From assembly GCA_963733195.1 (NCBI GenBank), contig CAVTCR010000056.1, positions 64,001 through 128,000 on the forward strand: 64,000 nt of DNA, in the 5' to 3' direction. Origin of the DNA: an uncultured delta proteobacterium. Its GTDB lineage: Bacteria; Desulfobacterota; Binatia; Bin18. Positions 29,707 to 40,901 of this stretch are shown here, one piece after another. The notes beneath the pieces were generated by a model, which was not told the origin of the DNA, made no database searches, and worked only from the letters and a program-made list of their open reading frames with translations. The translations under genes and the position numbers were made by a program. Positions within the stretch are counted from its first letter, which is position 1; each line of letters begins with the position of its first letter.

Positions 29707-32101
29707 ATGGCACGGAAGGTTGCCGTTGGAATCAATTGGCAAGGATCACTTGACTACAAAGCATTGATCGAACGCGTCCAGATAGCGGACGCGATTGGCG
29801 TCCATTCCGCTTGGGTGCCAGAAGCCTGGGGGCGTGATGCGTTTACGATCCTGGCTGTGTTAGCCGATCGCACCAAAAAGATTCAGCTTGGTACGGCTAT
29901 CGTCAACACCTACTCACGGACACCTGCGGCGCTTGCTCAACACTTTGCAACCCTTGATGAGCTTTCAGGTGGACGCATGATCATCGGTCTCGGCACCAGC
30001 GGACCACAAGTGATCGAACACTTTCATGGGGTAAAGTTCGATCCGCCGCTCACCCGTATGAAGGAATGCGTCGAGATCATCAATACGCTGATGCGTAATG
30101 AGCCGCTCAAATACAGCGGTAAGGTCTTTAATCTCCAGCGTGGATTTACTCTACGCTTTGCTCCTGTGCGCAATCACATTCCGATTTATTTGGCGACACT
30201 GAATGCCAAGAGTGTGAAAATGACGGCAGAGTTAGCCGATGGTTGGTTGCCAGTCATGATTCCGCTGCCCAAACTTAGGAGCTGTAAAATCATAAGTTGG
30301 TCAAGTTGCAGGTTGCCTGAGGAGGCGAGGCTGAATCGTATAGTTCCAGTGCGGGAAGATACGATGAGTTCGCACGCGGAGACGGGCGATGTCTTCTTTT
30401 GAGGCTTTCTGCCCTGGGGAATAGTTTTTGGTATCAAGCCGTGCCAGGCACTGAAAGCCCGCAGTCGAGCGAGTTATTTTGAGATGTTTGAGCATGGTCT
30501 CATAACTCTCCAACGGTTGCCCCCTCCAGTTGGCACTGATCAAGTTGAACATGCGGTGTTCAATCGGGTTCCATTTCGAGGCGCCAGTTGGGTAATGGGT
30601 GACGGAAATAGTCAAGCCAACTTCGTCGGCGAAGGATTGCAGCCGCACCTTCCAGGCGTGGCAACGATTGCCATTCGACCCCCCACAATCTGCTTCAATC
30701 AATAACTGCGTGTGCGGGAAGTACACCTTCCGTCCCACGTGGACCCACCACGAACGAATGGCGCGGACCGCAAACTCTGGGGTGTCATGGGACACTCCGA
30801 CTACCACGTATCCTTTATTCCGTCCGACATCGTAAATGCCATAGGGAATAGCTTTCCCAACCGCAGTACTGGGAAAGTCATACATGTGGACTTCGTGCGG
30901 AGCACGACGCCACTGGTGGCCCGGATTTTTAAACCGGCCAATCAATTCCTTCTTCTTGGTATCCACGCTAATCACTGGTCGGCCGCGGCGCAAAAATGCC
31001 TTCCGCTGTCGGGCAAGGTACTGAAACTGTTCGTCACGCCCGAGGGACTGCTTGCCGGCCAGACGTTTATGATTCACTCGAAGTGAATACTTCCGATCCC
31101 GCAATAGCCGACTCACCGTGGGAGCACTCACTTCATACCCCCGACGCCCCAACTCACGGGCTACAGCGCGCAACGACTTATGCGTCCATTTGAGTCCCGA
31201 GATGGGATCACCCGCCGTCGCATCACGCATCACCTCATCCAGAGCACTCAAGAGGCCTGGTTGTTTTTTTCACTCCACTTCCCCCCTGCTCCAGGAGCCC
31301 GGATGCGACCATTGGCGACCAACCTCCTCGCCTCCAGCTCTCGCCGCCCCCGTAAAATGGTTGTCCGACTCATCCCCGTCACGCGAGCGAGTTGTTGGAT
31401 TCCTCCATATCCGTGTTGAGATGCCAAAAGGCCCACAAAATGGCGCCGCCGTCTCTCATCCAAGCTCTCCATCACTCGGTTAATACTGCCATGCAACTTT
31501 GCCGTCTCTCCGACTGGAGATCGCTTACACTCCTCACACCTACACTCATGAATCACTGTATCACGCTGTGCTGCCATATCTCCCCACCCATGGGCCCAAG
31601 CTGCCGAGCTAATGTGGATTCTCAGTCCCTCTGTATAGCAGCAAAGTTGACCAAGTTATCGCTTTACAAATCCTTAAAGGAGAGATTGACACGATTCGAA
31701 AAATGAGTGTTGCGGCCGGTCGTCCAGCTAATGCAGTGGCAATTCGCTCTCCTGGAACGACAACAGTGACGAAGAACATCGACAAAGTACGAGCTGAGTC
31801 GGCGGGAACGTTAGCATTTTACATTGGCCGCATGGGCACGTTTTACGCAGAGCAACTCACACGGCATGGATACGGTGAAGCGGTACAAGCTGTGAAGAAA
31901 GGATGGGAAGCGAACTCACGTGTCGCTGTTGAAGCTGTCCCGGCCAATCTGATCGACGCGACTAGCTGTGCAGGCACGGTTGAAGCTTGCATCGATCGCC
32001 TCCAAGAGCAAGAAGCGAACGGGGTTGATGTTCATTTTGTGAACGTCGATACCAACGACAACCGGGAGTACGAGCAGGCGTTGGTGAAATTGGTTAGATA
32101 A
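29707..32101 (+). pseudogene. LLM-class flavin/F420 oxidoreductase split by ISAzo13 element
   Basis: EAWGRDA, GRMIIGLG; removing the IS and one TTA restores frame PKLKGEIDTIRKMSVAAG. Confidence 0.85.
30278..31673 (-). mobile_element. ISAzo13-family insertion sequence
   Basis: TIRs GGAGCTGTAAAATCATAAGTTGGTCAA / GGATTTGTAAAGCGATAACTTGGTCAA, TTA duplication, ORFs 31577-31248 and 31251-30301 with A8 slippery site, SVDTKKKE and SKWNPIEHR motifs. Confidence 0.93.
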
Positions 32102-32150
32102 ATAAAGCCACGTGGCGTTTTGTCATCGGATAATGCGACCGCTCGCTATT

Positions 32151-32233
32151 GTCATTCTGAGTGGAGGGAAGAATTCTTCGACAGGCTCAGGATAGGTCTC
32201 TCGGAAAGACCCTTCGTTTCACTCAGGGTGACA
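32151..32233. repeat. REP/REPIN-like palindromic element between convergent genes
   Basis: GTCATTCTGAG...CTCAGGGTGAC arms enclosing CTTCGACAGGCTCAGGAT. Confidence 0.6.
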
Positions 32234-32314
32234 GACACTTCATATTAGTCTTCTGTGGTCTGATTCTGCCTCTTTTGAGGAAGCATGGTTGTGCGCCCCT
32301 CTTCTTCGATAAAC

Positions 32315-33148
32315 CTACTTCTCGATCTCAAACACGCGATCCATCAACTGCTGCGTTAACGCAGCACCAGGAAGTGCCAAATCGAGATCGTGCCCGAGTT
32401 CAAGCGCAAGCCGTAAATCCTTGTGGATGAGTTGCAATAGCCCCTGCGGTCCACTGGTGTAGGTATCTTTTAGTCTACGCTGCTGGGTCCAGTTGTCAGC
32501 AATGCGGCTCTGCGCAGCTCCGGCGTGGACGACTTGCTCCATTGCTTTAAGATCTACTCCAGCCTTCTCGGCGAGTCGCATTCCTTCTGAAGCGGCTAAC
32601 ATATTGACATAGACAATCAAGTTGTGAGCCAGTTTCGCGACTGCGCCAGACCCAAGATCACCAAGGTGAAAGATATTTGCGCCGGAGGTGGCGAAGAGCG
32701 GACGACACTTCTCGAATACCTCTTTGTCACCTCCGACCATGTAACACAGCGTCTTTGCATACGCGCCGCGTTCACCTCCGCTGACTTCCGCGTCAATGAC
32801 ACTTACGCCCTTAATCTTGGCAAGTTCGGCAAGCTTGCGCACAGTTTTGGGATGAACCGTACTGTGAACAGCAATGACACTGCCTGGTTTCGTGCCGTTA
32901 AGAACACCACCTTCCCCAAGAGTGACAGCCTCTACTTGTGCATCATCTACGACGACTAATTCAATGATCTCTCCGTGTGAACCGATCTCTTGTGCCGAGT
33001 GAGCGATTTTCGCTCCGAGCCCGGCCAGTTCCTGTACAGGTTCCGGTCGTACGTCGTAGACCATCAGATCAAAACCCGCCTTGGCGACATTAATCGCCAT
33101 CGGCTTGCCGATATTGCCTAGACCGATAAATCCAACTCGTGTTGCCAT
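32315..33148 (-). CDS. NAD(P)-dependent beta-hydroxyacid dehydrogenase family
   Basis: GFIGLGNIG, DAEVSGG, KLAHN, KDLRLA. Confidence 0.9.
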   Translation of the reverse strand: MATRVGFIGLGNIGKPMAINVAKAGFDLMVYDVRPEPVQELAGLGAKIAHSAQEIGSHGEIIELVVVDDAQVEAVTLGEGGVLNGTKPGSVIAVHSTVHPKTVRKLAELAKIKGVSVIDAEVSGGERGAYAKTLCYMVGGDKEVFEKCRPLFATSGANIFHLGDLGSGAVAKLAHNLIVYVNMLAASEGMRLAEKAGVDLKAMEQVVHAGAAQSRIADNWTQQRRLKDTYTSGPQGLLQLIHKDLRLALELGHDLDLALPGAALTQQLMDRVFEIEK

Positions 33149-33430
33149 AACGTTCCCTCCACTATTAAAGACAGTAATGAGCGATGAGTAATGAGTACTG
33201 AATTTCAAGTTGAAGATTCACACACAAAATACTGACCGATTCCTTTTTGTTATTCGGTTGCGCAGTTCTTCTGGGCTCAGGCATGGTGCGTCTGGCGTCG
33301 CCATATGGGCATACTCCTTTTGTTACGCACTGTGCCGGCTTAATGATTCTGCCGCAAGCACGATAGATTGATCTAGACCGGACACGCATGAACAGGCATA
33401 GGCCGCTGCGAAAGGCATGAAGAGGCATCT

Positions 33431-34189
33431 ATGAACAAACGTGTGAAGGTTATCATTCCCTTTCCCTTTGATGAAAAAGGGATCGCTAATCGCCGTGCCC
33501 AACTTCCCAGCGAGATCATTCATCCGGGATTCGAGGTTGAGTTTGTGCCGGTAAAAAATAGCTGTGCATACGGAGGCAGTTATTACGATACTTTGCTGAT
33601 GGACATGTTCATCTTCGAGGCAGGATTACGGGCAGAACAAGAAGGCTATGCCGCGGTCTGTATTGATACTGTTAGTGACTCTGGATTGTACGCATTGCGG
33701 TCACGCCTCAAGATTCCGGTACTTGGTCCTGGTCAGGTTGCCTTTCATATCGCGGGAATGCTTGGACATAAGTTCTCTATCATTACGATGTGGGACGAAT
33801 GGTTCCATTTGTACAAAAAAACTCTGACTGAATATCGCCTATGGGATAAAGTTGCTTCGCTTCGCTCTATTAAGACGCGTCCTGATATCGAGGCACTTTT
33901 CACCGACAAAGAAGAGATCATCTTCGGTAAGCTTGAACAAGAATCACTGAAAGCAATAAACGAAGATGGTGCCGATGTGATTGTTCTCGGCTCAACGACG
34001 ATGCACCAATCCTACGGCTACCTCAAAGAACGTCTGCCGGTACCGGTGATTAATCCTGGCTTGGTAATGTACAAACTATGTGAAGTCTTCTTGGAGCTTG
34101 GCTTGTCGCATAGCAAGCACGCATTTCCCGCACCACAAATGTTAAAAGACGAGGTGATTTTTAGCCACTTGATGGGAGCAAAGCTCTGA
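33431..34189 (+). CDS. Asp/Glu/hydantoin racemase family protein
   Basis: DTVSDSGL..LR, DGADVIVLGSTTM, PVINPG. Confidence 0.85.
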   Translation: MNKRVKVIIPFPFDEKGIANRRAQLPSEIIHPGFEVEFVPVKNSCAYGGSYYDTLLMDMFIFEAGLRAEQEGYAAVCIDTVSDSGLYALRSRLKIPVLGPGQVAFHIAGMLGHKFSIITMWDEWFHLYKKTLTEYRLWDKVASLRSIKTRPDIEALFTDKEEIIFGKLEQESLKAINEDGADVIVLGSTTMHQSYGYLKERLPVPVINPGLVMYKLCEVFLELGLSHSKHAFPAPQMLKDEVIFSHLMGAKL

Positions 34190-34244
34190 GGAGATAACCT
34201 GTTCACCCTCTCCTTATTCGCCCCAACATTTTGGACTTTTGGTC

Positions 34245-36482
34245 TTACGCGTGTGGTGCCGGTTGAGGTTGAGCTAACAGATTGGCAATCGGCTTTACAT
34301 CAAGCCACCACTGTTCTTGTGGACGCTGCTGTGCCAAATCCATGAGACGTGGCAAATCGTCGAGAGGCTGGAATTGTATCTGTCCACCTTGTAACCCAAG
34401 ACACACTGCGGCGGGCGAGGGCTTCTGCGCTTCGGCAATCAGGAAATCAATACTCTGATCGGCAAGCCGCATAGCAAGAATGCGGTCGAACGGTGTTGGA
34501 CTACCCCCCTGCTGTAAATGCCCCAAGATCGCTTGGCGGACATCAAACACGCCTTTCCCTTCCTCCGCAAAGAGGGTGGAGATAAAATCTGTCGTATAGC
34601 GGGGATGGGCGTGTTCGTTACGGATCATGAGACTGAGCCGCTTGCCCTGTTGGAAGCCACGGGTCAAGAGAGCGATATCTTGTTGAAGGTCACTTAGAGT
34701 TATTTCTTCTTCCGGCAAATAGACCCGCTCCGCTCCGGAAGCGAGCCCGCTCATTTGTGCTAGATACCCGCACGTACGCCCCATGACTTCAACGACAAAA
34801 CAACGTCGTGAAGCGACGGCAGATTGTTTGATTTTGTCGACCGCTTCAACGATATTGTTTAGTGCAGTGTCAGCGCCGATGCTTAACTCAGAACCCGGCA
34901 GGTTGTTATCAATAGTTGCAGGCATGCAGAGCAGAGGGATATTAAACGCCGGAAAATTCTCACGCATGCGGTATAGTTGGTAGACGGCTTCATAGCCGGA
35001 CCAGCCACCAATCATCAGAAGTCCCTGAATATGGTGTTCTTCCAAAACTCGCGCTATCGCATAAAAATCCTTTGCACTGGGGATCTTCCGATTGGTTCCT
35101 AATTCGGCACCGCCTAAGAGAGCCCAGCCATTGACGCTCATCCAATTCATTTCGCTTAAATCGCCAGCGATAAGTCCCTGGAAACCGTTACGAACCCCAA
35201 ACATGATGTGACCTCTATCAACTCCTAATCGTACTACCGCACGGACGGCAGTGTTCATTCCTGGTGCTGGTGCTCCTGAGTGCATGACGGCTATACGCAC
35301 TCGTCGTTGTCCAGGTTCTGGGGCGTGCGGTAACGCGCGTACGAGGGTGCGTAGGGTGCGAAAGGCAGCTTGGTAGTTGCGGCCGCGTAGCGACAGGGCA
35401 GTGGAAAAATCACGATTGATGATGGCATTGGTTGTCGCGTGAGTTTTTTCGAGGCAGTCCTGCAATGGTGTCTGTATGATCCGGTTACCACGCATACCGA
35501 TGAGAACCGGGGGTGTCTCAGATGTCGCGGTACGGATCGCCTCAACTGCAGCATATCCTAGGAGTGTGCTGAGGTTACGATCAAACGCGCTAGGGGAGCC
35601 GCCGCGCTGCATATGGCCGAGGATTGAGATGCGTACATCCTCTCCGAGTCGCTCTTCTAGCACTTGTTTAATGTATGTGCTGGTGAGGCGATTCCCTTGC
35701 TGGTCCTGGGCGCCCTCGGCTAGGATAACAATACTGTCGCGGCGACCGGCAGCACGTCCTGTTTTCAATACCTCACACATGCGCGCTTCCCAGTGCTCTC
35801 CTTCTGGAGGACTGCAGGGGATGAGCGCCCAATCAGCTCCACTGGCGAGCGCTCCCATCAGCGCGAGGTAACCACAATGACGTCCCATCACTTCGACGAC
35901 GAACGTACGCTGATGGCTTGCGGCAGTGCTGCTGATAGCATCGACAGCTTCAGTAATCCGATGGAGGGCCGTATCTGCCCCAATCGTCATGTCCGTACCG
36001 GCGATGTCGTTGTCAATCGAACCAGGCAACCCGACCAAGGTAAGCGTAGCGTGGCGAGCCGCCAACTCAGGGCTGATATGGTTGTGCTCAACCAATTCGC
36101 GTATGAGTACGGGCCATTCTTGATGAAAAAGAGCGGCCCCAGCTAAGCTGCCATCGCCACCGATGACCACCAAATTGTCAATTCCATGGTGTAGGAGATT
36201 CTTTGCTGCCTGCAGGCGTCCTGTCCGTGTCCGAAATGCTTCACTACGTGCTGTACCGATAATGGTCCCACCGCGCTGCAAGATGCCACCCACCGCGTCC
36301 CAACTCAGTGGGCGTATGCGTGTGCCACCTTCTACCATCCCCTGGTATCCTTCATAGATAGCGTAGACTTCCATGCCGCGGTCTAAGGCTGTTCGTGTTA
36401 CCGCCCGTACGGCGGCGTTCATGCCTGGGGCATCTCCACCGCTGGTCAATACGCCAAGACGTTTATCGAGTGTATTCGACAT
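34245..36482 (-). CDS. pfkA: 6-phosphofructokinase, tandem-duplicated (eukaryotic-type)
   Basis: Two PFK halves: TSGGDAPGMN/GGDGS/SIDND/MGR and SGAPAPGMN/TIDNN/MGR. Confidence 0.92.
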   Translation of the reverse strand: MSNTLDKRLGVLTSGGDAPGMNAAVRAVTRTALDRGMEVYAIYEGYQGMVEGGTRIRPLSWDAVGGILQRGGTIIGTARSEAFRTRTGRLQAAKNLLHHGIDNLVVIGGDGSLAGAALFHQEWPVLIRELVEHNHISPELAARHATLTLVGLPGSIDNDIAGTDMTIGADTALHRITEAVDAISSTAASHQRTFVVEVMGRHCGYLALMGALASGADWALIPCSPPEGEHWEARMCEVLKTGRAAGRRDSIVILAEGAQDQQGNRLTSTYIKQVLEERLGEDVRISILGHMQRGGSPSAFDRNLSTLLGYAAVEAIRTATSETPPVLIGMRGNRIIQTPLQDCLEKTHATTNAIINRDFSTALSLRGRNYQAAFRTLRTLVRALPHAPEPGQRRVRIAVMHSGAPAPGMNTAVRAVVRLGVDRGHIMFGVRNGFQGLIAGDLSEMNWMSVNGWALLGGAELGTNRKIPSAKDFYAIARVLEEHHIQGLLMIGGWSGYEAVYQLYRMRENFPAFNIPLLCMPATIDNNLPGSELSIGADTALNNIVEAVDKIKQSAVASRRCFVVEVMGRTCGYLAQMSGLASGAERVYLPEEEITLSDLQQDIALLTRGFQQGKRLSLMIRNEHAHPRYTTDFISTLFAEEGKGVFDVRQAILGHLQQGGSPTPFDRILAMRLADQSIDFLIAEAQKPSPAAVCLGLQGGQIQFQPLDDLPRLMDLAQQRPQEQWWLDVKPIANLLAQPQPAPHA

Positions 36483-36539
36483 CGTAATTGTTCACCGTTT
36501 CTTCACTGAGCTGTCTCAAACTCCTTTGATCAGGATAGG

Positions 36540-37360
36540 GCCTTAGATAGTCTAATACTATAAAGCCCGATATGCTTTCTGCCCATGTTCCACTACGGTC
36601 CAACGCCGGTGATTGTTGAGCCAACTGAACGTCCGTTCCACTTTCCAGCGTTGGCGACATACCGCCCGTGATGCCGATCTTTGGGAGGACGGCCACGAGG
36701 AACCGTACATGATTTTTGCGATAAGGCGCGAGGGGAATAATCCGACGTTGCGCAAGGCGCGGCGGTGCGCCTCCTATCGTTCCTGTGTCCAGACCCCAGC
36801 GTTTAGGTTTGCGTTTGCGTTTGCCGATGCGAATGCCATCAATCGTCTCCCACAGTTTGATCAGATCATTACGGTTGGCAGTACTGAGCGTGCAGTTGAG
36901 CGGATGGCCATGGCGTCGCTGACCAGAGGGCGTTTCAGCCCATTAATTCGGTGTTTTCCCGCGTATCCGACTTCTTTTTTTGCCCCTTTCTCGATTTCAC
37001 GACCTGGCATCATGAGAACAATTCTTGAGATTCAGCCGCCCTCGACGATCAGCTTCTTTCCTCAACTCGGCCACCATGCGTTGCCAGACCCGACGCCGTT
37101 GGTACTCCAACACCCGCCGGTTACACGTCTTGGGGGAGGCACGAATATCGTGCGGCATATCTTCCCAACGACACCCGGTGGGCAAGACATACAAGATCCC
37201 ATTCCCACCTCTCGTTCATCGGCACGGGGCCGACCGGTCCGCGCAGGACGTGGGATGAGCCGTTGGAGATAGTGCCATTGACCATCGGTCAGATCGGACT
37301 GATACGGTTTGCTGGCATGTCCGCTAGCGTAGCGCAGCACGAATTTCGTCAGCAACTGCC
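36540..37360 (-). mobile_element. Degenerate IS5-family element (IS427/IS1031-like)
   Basis: Fragments YQSDLTDGQW, TGRPRAD, TGCRWEDMP, RWKVERTFSWL. Confidence 0.8.
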
Positions 37361-37706
37361 CTTTTACCACATGAAATCACATCTGGCATGAGTGAGACAC
37401 TCACTGAGAATTTTCTTTTCCATCAGTAGCAGAGAGAATAGTATCTGCAATCGGCGTTGCGGTCCCTGACGAAACCGCAATACCAATGCCAAGGCAGGGC
37501 GCAAGAGATAGAACTTCTCGTGTCAGCGGTAGACGGGAATTCCTCAGGCTTGGCGATCTTCTTCCTTGTCTAAGGGAGGAAGTAAGAAGATGAGAAAAAA
37601 GGCAGTTCGATAGCAAAGTGATGCTAGGGCAACACGTGGTAGGTAATGATAATAGCGAGAATGTGAAAAATCTTTGATTCTACAGATAAAGTATGAAGGG
37701 AAAATC

Positions 37707-37722
37707 TGGCATGCTTTCTGCT
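37707..37722 (+). promoter_or_regulatory. Candidate sigma54 promoter
   Basis: TGGCAT-N5-CTGCT (-24/-12 spacing). Confidence 0.5.
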
Positions 37723-37903
37723 CTTCTCCTTACGCATGTCAGGCGTGGTGGTCGTGAAGAGAGAAGGTTTCCCTCCTTTCCCTCTCTTCATTTCCTGGGA
37801 CGGTGGCTCCCTACCACCGTCCCTCGTTTTCTCATTCTCACCAAGAAAAATGCTTTAACTCGCAAAGAGACGGACGGGAAGGGAGGCATGTTGTAGGGAA
37901 AGG

Positions 37904-38152
37904 ATGAAAAAGATCATGCTGAAACTAGTGAAAGCGAACGATATCGCTCTGAGTGATAGTGAAATGCACGAACGTATTGCTCATAAGGCGTACGAAATGT
38001 ATCTCCAACGTGGAAGTGGGCATGGATATGATCTTGAGGATTGGCTTACTGCTGAACGCCTCGTGCAAGACGAACTGCTCACTACGTCTCCTGCTGAGAC
38101 GAAGAGCAGAGCCGTTGCAAGCACGCAAAAAAAACTTCGTGTGAAGAAATAA
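37904..38152 (+). CDS. DUF2934 domain protein
   Basis: ERIAHKAYEMYLQRG..HG.DLEDWL.AE. Confidence 0.85.
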   Translation: MKKIMLKLVKANDIALSDSEMHERIAHKAYEMYLQRGSGHGYDLEDWLTAERLVQDELLTTSPAETKSRAVASTQKKLRVKK

Positions 38153-38154
38153 GA

Positions 38155-39420
38155 CTAGCGAGTGAAAAAGTGGGGAGCGGTGGAGGGGGCTAGGAGAGGG
38201 CTAGTGAGTGAGCGGAGGCAAGCTGGTGATTTTGAGTGGCGAACGAATGAGCGGTGGGAGGGGTCTTTTGAAGGACTTTACTGTTGCTGTGTCGCTTAGG
38301 GCGTGGTGACTGGGGAATTTGAGCGGCATTCGGTCAGTTTTATGCCGAACTGGGGCGGCCGGCGTTAGCAGGCTGCTCGTGGGGCTACCTATTTGAGATC
38401 TCTTATGTGAGTGATGAGGTGGTCGTGGCGAGTTGGGTGGAGAATCCGTATTGGCAGTATTTCTGTGGGGAGGAGTATTTTACCACGAGGTTCGTGTGAT
38501 CCGACGAGTTTAGTGAAGTGGCGGCACGGGTAGGCGTAGAAGGGAGCGAGAAGTTACTCAAGGAATGTTGGCGGCAGCGCACGGGAAGCGGTGCTCACGG
38601 CACAGAAGTGAAGCGTGTGAATGTGGATACGACGGTGCAGAGAAGGCGATCGCGTTTCCGACGGATGCGCGGTTGTATCACAGGCCCGGCAGCGCTGGTG
38701 CGGGTCGCGCAGAGTTGTAACTTCCAGTTACGGCAGAGCTACGAGGCTGGGGAAGCGGGCGTTGGTGACTCAAGGTCGGTATGGGGCGGCGCGGCAACTG
38801 AAGCGGGCGCGGCGAGAAACCCGCAACTGCGCACGTATTTGGGGCGCGGCGCGGAATGTGGAGCGAGGGAAATTGAAGCTGGCGATAAAGCAGCACAGGT
38901 GGTGAGCGTCGCGCGGCGGATCTTGACACAACAACGCCGAGATCACGGCAGGTCTATAGTGTTGATGCCCCGGAAGTGGAATGCATTGCCAAAGGCAAAG
39001 TGCCCAAGCCCTACGAGTTTGGGTGCAAAGTGCCGATCGTGACTACCTCGCGGCAGAACTGGATTGTCGGGATCGATGCCGTGCACGACAATCCTTATGA
39101 TGGTGCGACCTTGAAAGCGGCGCTCGCCCAAGTCAAGCGTTTGACGGGACGCAGCCCGAGGCAGCCTTGTCGATAAGGGCTTTCGCGGCCAGCGCTATCA
39201 TCCGAAGGGAGTTGCAGTCTATGTCGCAGGCCGCCGGAATCTCCCCCCACAGTTGAGCAAGCTGCTCAAACGCGCTCGGCGATGAGCCCGTCATTGGGCA
39301 CACGAAGCACGACCACGGGATGGACCGAACTATCTGTTAGGGAAAGTCGGCGATCGCATTAATGCCCTGCTCAGCGGCTCTGCCTGGACTCAAGAAACTC
39401 TGGCGCCATGTCGCACATCG
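38155..39420 (+). mobile_element. IS5-family element, heavily degenerate copy
   Basis: VDTTVQ, ECIAKGK..KPYEFG.KV, NPYDG; paralog of 59466-60870. Confidence 0.85.
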
Positions 39421-39547
39421 CACCAGTACCGGCAAGAAGATCTACGTACACAACGCACGAAATGTAGCAGAGTGCTCCTCTTCATCATTCCGGGTAAAGC
39501 CGCAGGCTGCGGACCGGAATCCAAGAGCTGCATCGAAAGTATTTCGC

Positions 39548-39880
39548 TTATTCGCTCCTCATCTCTGTCAAGCGCTCGTTCACAAACGTTAGTGTTCCTA
39601 AGGGGCGTAGCGCGCCGTGATAGACCCACACCTCTCTGCTTTCCTCAGAGCCAGTCGAGAAAGCCTGGCGTGACTTCGGTGGCCCGAGGCGTTTCAAGAC
39701 ATCATCCTCTGACATACCGAGACGTAAAGAATTGAACCGTTGAATCTGCTCATCTTCCTGTGAAGCAAAGTCCTCCGCCATTTGCTGCAAGTCTTGTGCG
39801 GCGCGGACAAGCGGGTCTTGCCGTTGATAACAACCAGAGCAGAGAACGACTAGAGCAAAGAAGAACACAACGTGTTTCAT
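39548..39880 (-). CDS. Lipoprotein with SmpA/BamE-like (DUF2845-like) domain
   Basis: Lipobox LCSGC, LRLGMSEDDV..RLGPP. Confidence 0.7.
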   Translation of the reverse strand: MKHVVFFFALVVLCSGCYQRQDPLVRAAQDLQQMAEDFASQEDEQIQRFNSLRLGMSEDDVLKRLGPPKSRQAFSTGSEESREVWVYHGALRPLGTLTFVNERLTEMRSE

Positions 39881-40863
39881 TTGCCAAACGTTTCTATGAG
39901 ACGGGAGAAATCCTCTTTCGTAATTTGACTCGTCGGTGGTGCGGCAAGAACAGGCAATTGCAGGCCGGCTTGCCGGAAGCGTTCGATATGGGCACGACAT
40001 TCTTCAGGAGTACCAAGAACATAGAGCTCGTCTACCATCTGGTCGGGAATAGCTGCCTCTGCCATCGCACGATTGCCGGCTCTCCAGTAGCGATGGACTT
40101 CTTCTAAAATGTCACCATACCCAAAGTGACGGAACCCTTGGATATATGTGTTCGCTTGACAATACCCGACTAACACTCGGCGGAGCTGCTTGAGTGTCTG
40201 TTCACGATTGTTCGTCACTGCGGTGTGAATGTAACAACCAATGTCGATATCTACCAGCGACCGTCCTGCGCGAGCTGCGCCTTTGGCGATCTCGGCAATG
40301 GAGAGAGAGACCTGCCGTGCTGGCAGCCAGGCAAGGAGGACACCGTCAGCGACTTCACCCGCAAGTTGCAACATCTGGGGATTCACTGCTGCGAGATAGA
40401 TGGGAATTCGACCTGAGGGTGGAGGTACACTGAGCTGAAACCCGTGTGGTTGGTAGAACTTTCCTTCATACGTGACGCGCTCACCGGCCAGCACGCGTCG
40501 CAGAATGCTGACATACTCACGGGTGCGCGAGACCGGATAATCCCAGGGAATGCCGTGAAAGTTATTGATGTTTTGTGTACTCACTCCCAGGCCGAGGCAG
40601 GTGCGCCCAGGAGCAATAAGGTCGAGCGTCATTGCTTGCATAGCCGTCAAGGTTGGCGGACGCAAGTAGATCGAGACGATACCCGTGCCAATATGGATGC
40701 GCTGTGTGCGGGCCAACAATGCACCCACCATTGTGCACGTTTCCACTCCCCAGGCTTCACCGACAGAGATATAGTCAAATCCTCGCGCTTCTGCTTGTTG
40801 GACGATGTCAGTGCAGAAATCCATTGGTAATCCGATCGGTGGGATGCCCAACCCTACACGCAT
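39877..40863 (-). CDS. LLM-class flavin-dependent oxidoreductase
   Basis: GEAWG, IGTGIV, YLAAVNPQML.LAGEVADG. Confidence 0.88.
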   Translation of the reverse strand: MRVGLGIPPIGLPMDFCTDIVQQAEARGFDYISVGEAWGVETCTMVGALLARTQRIHIGTGIVSIYLRPPTLTAMQAMTLDLIAPGRTCLGLGVSTQNINNFHGIPWDYPVSRTREYVSILRRVLAGERVTYEGKFYQPHGFQLSVPPPSGRIPIYLAAVNPQMLQLAGEVADGVLLAWLPARQVSLSIAEIAKGAARAGRSLVDIDIGCYIHTAVTNNREQTLKQLRRVLVGYCQANTYIQGFRHFGYGDILEEVHRYWRAGNRAMAEAAIPDQMVDELYVLGTPEECRAHIERFRQAGLQLPVLAAPPTSQITKEDFSRLIETFGK

Positions 40864-40901
40864 TGCTCTTCTCCTATGTGAGTTTACGGCAGCACGCTCT
40901 G

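Noticed and set aside
36613-37272. 219-aa plus-strand ORF
   Set aside because: Antisense shadow of the IS5 transposase remnant.
38155-38520. G-rich, C-poor start of the first IS5 copy as hypermutation or a G-quadruplex element
   Set aside because: It aligns to the second copy with dense indels; better explained by poor consensus in a repeat or by decay.
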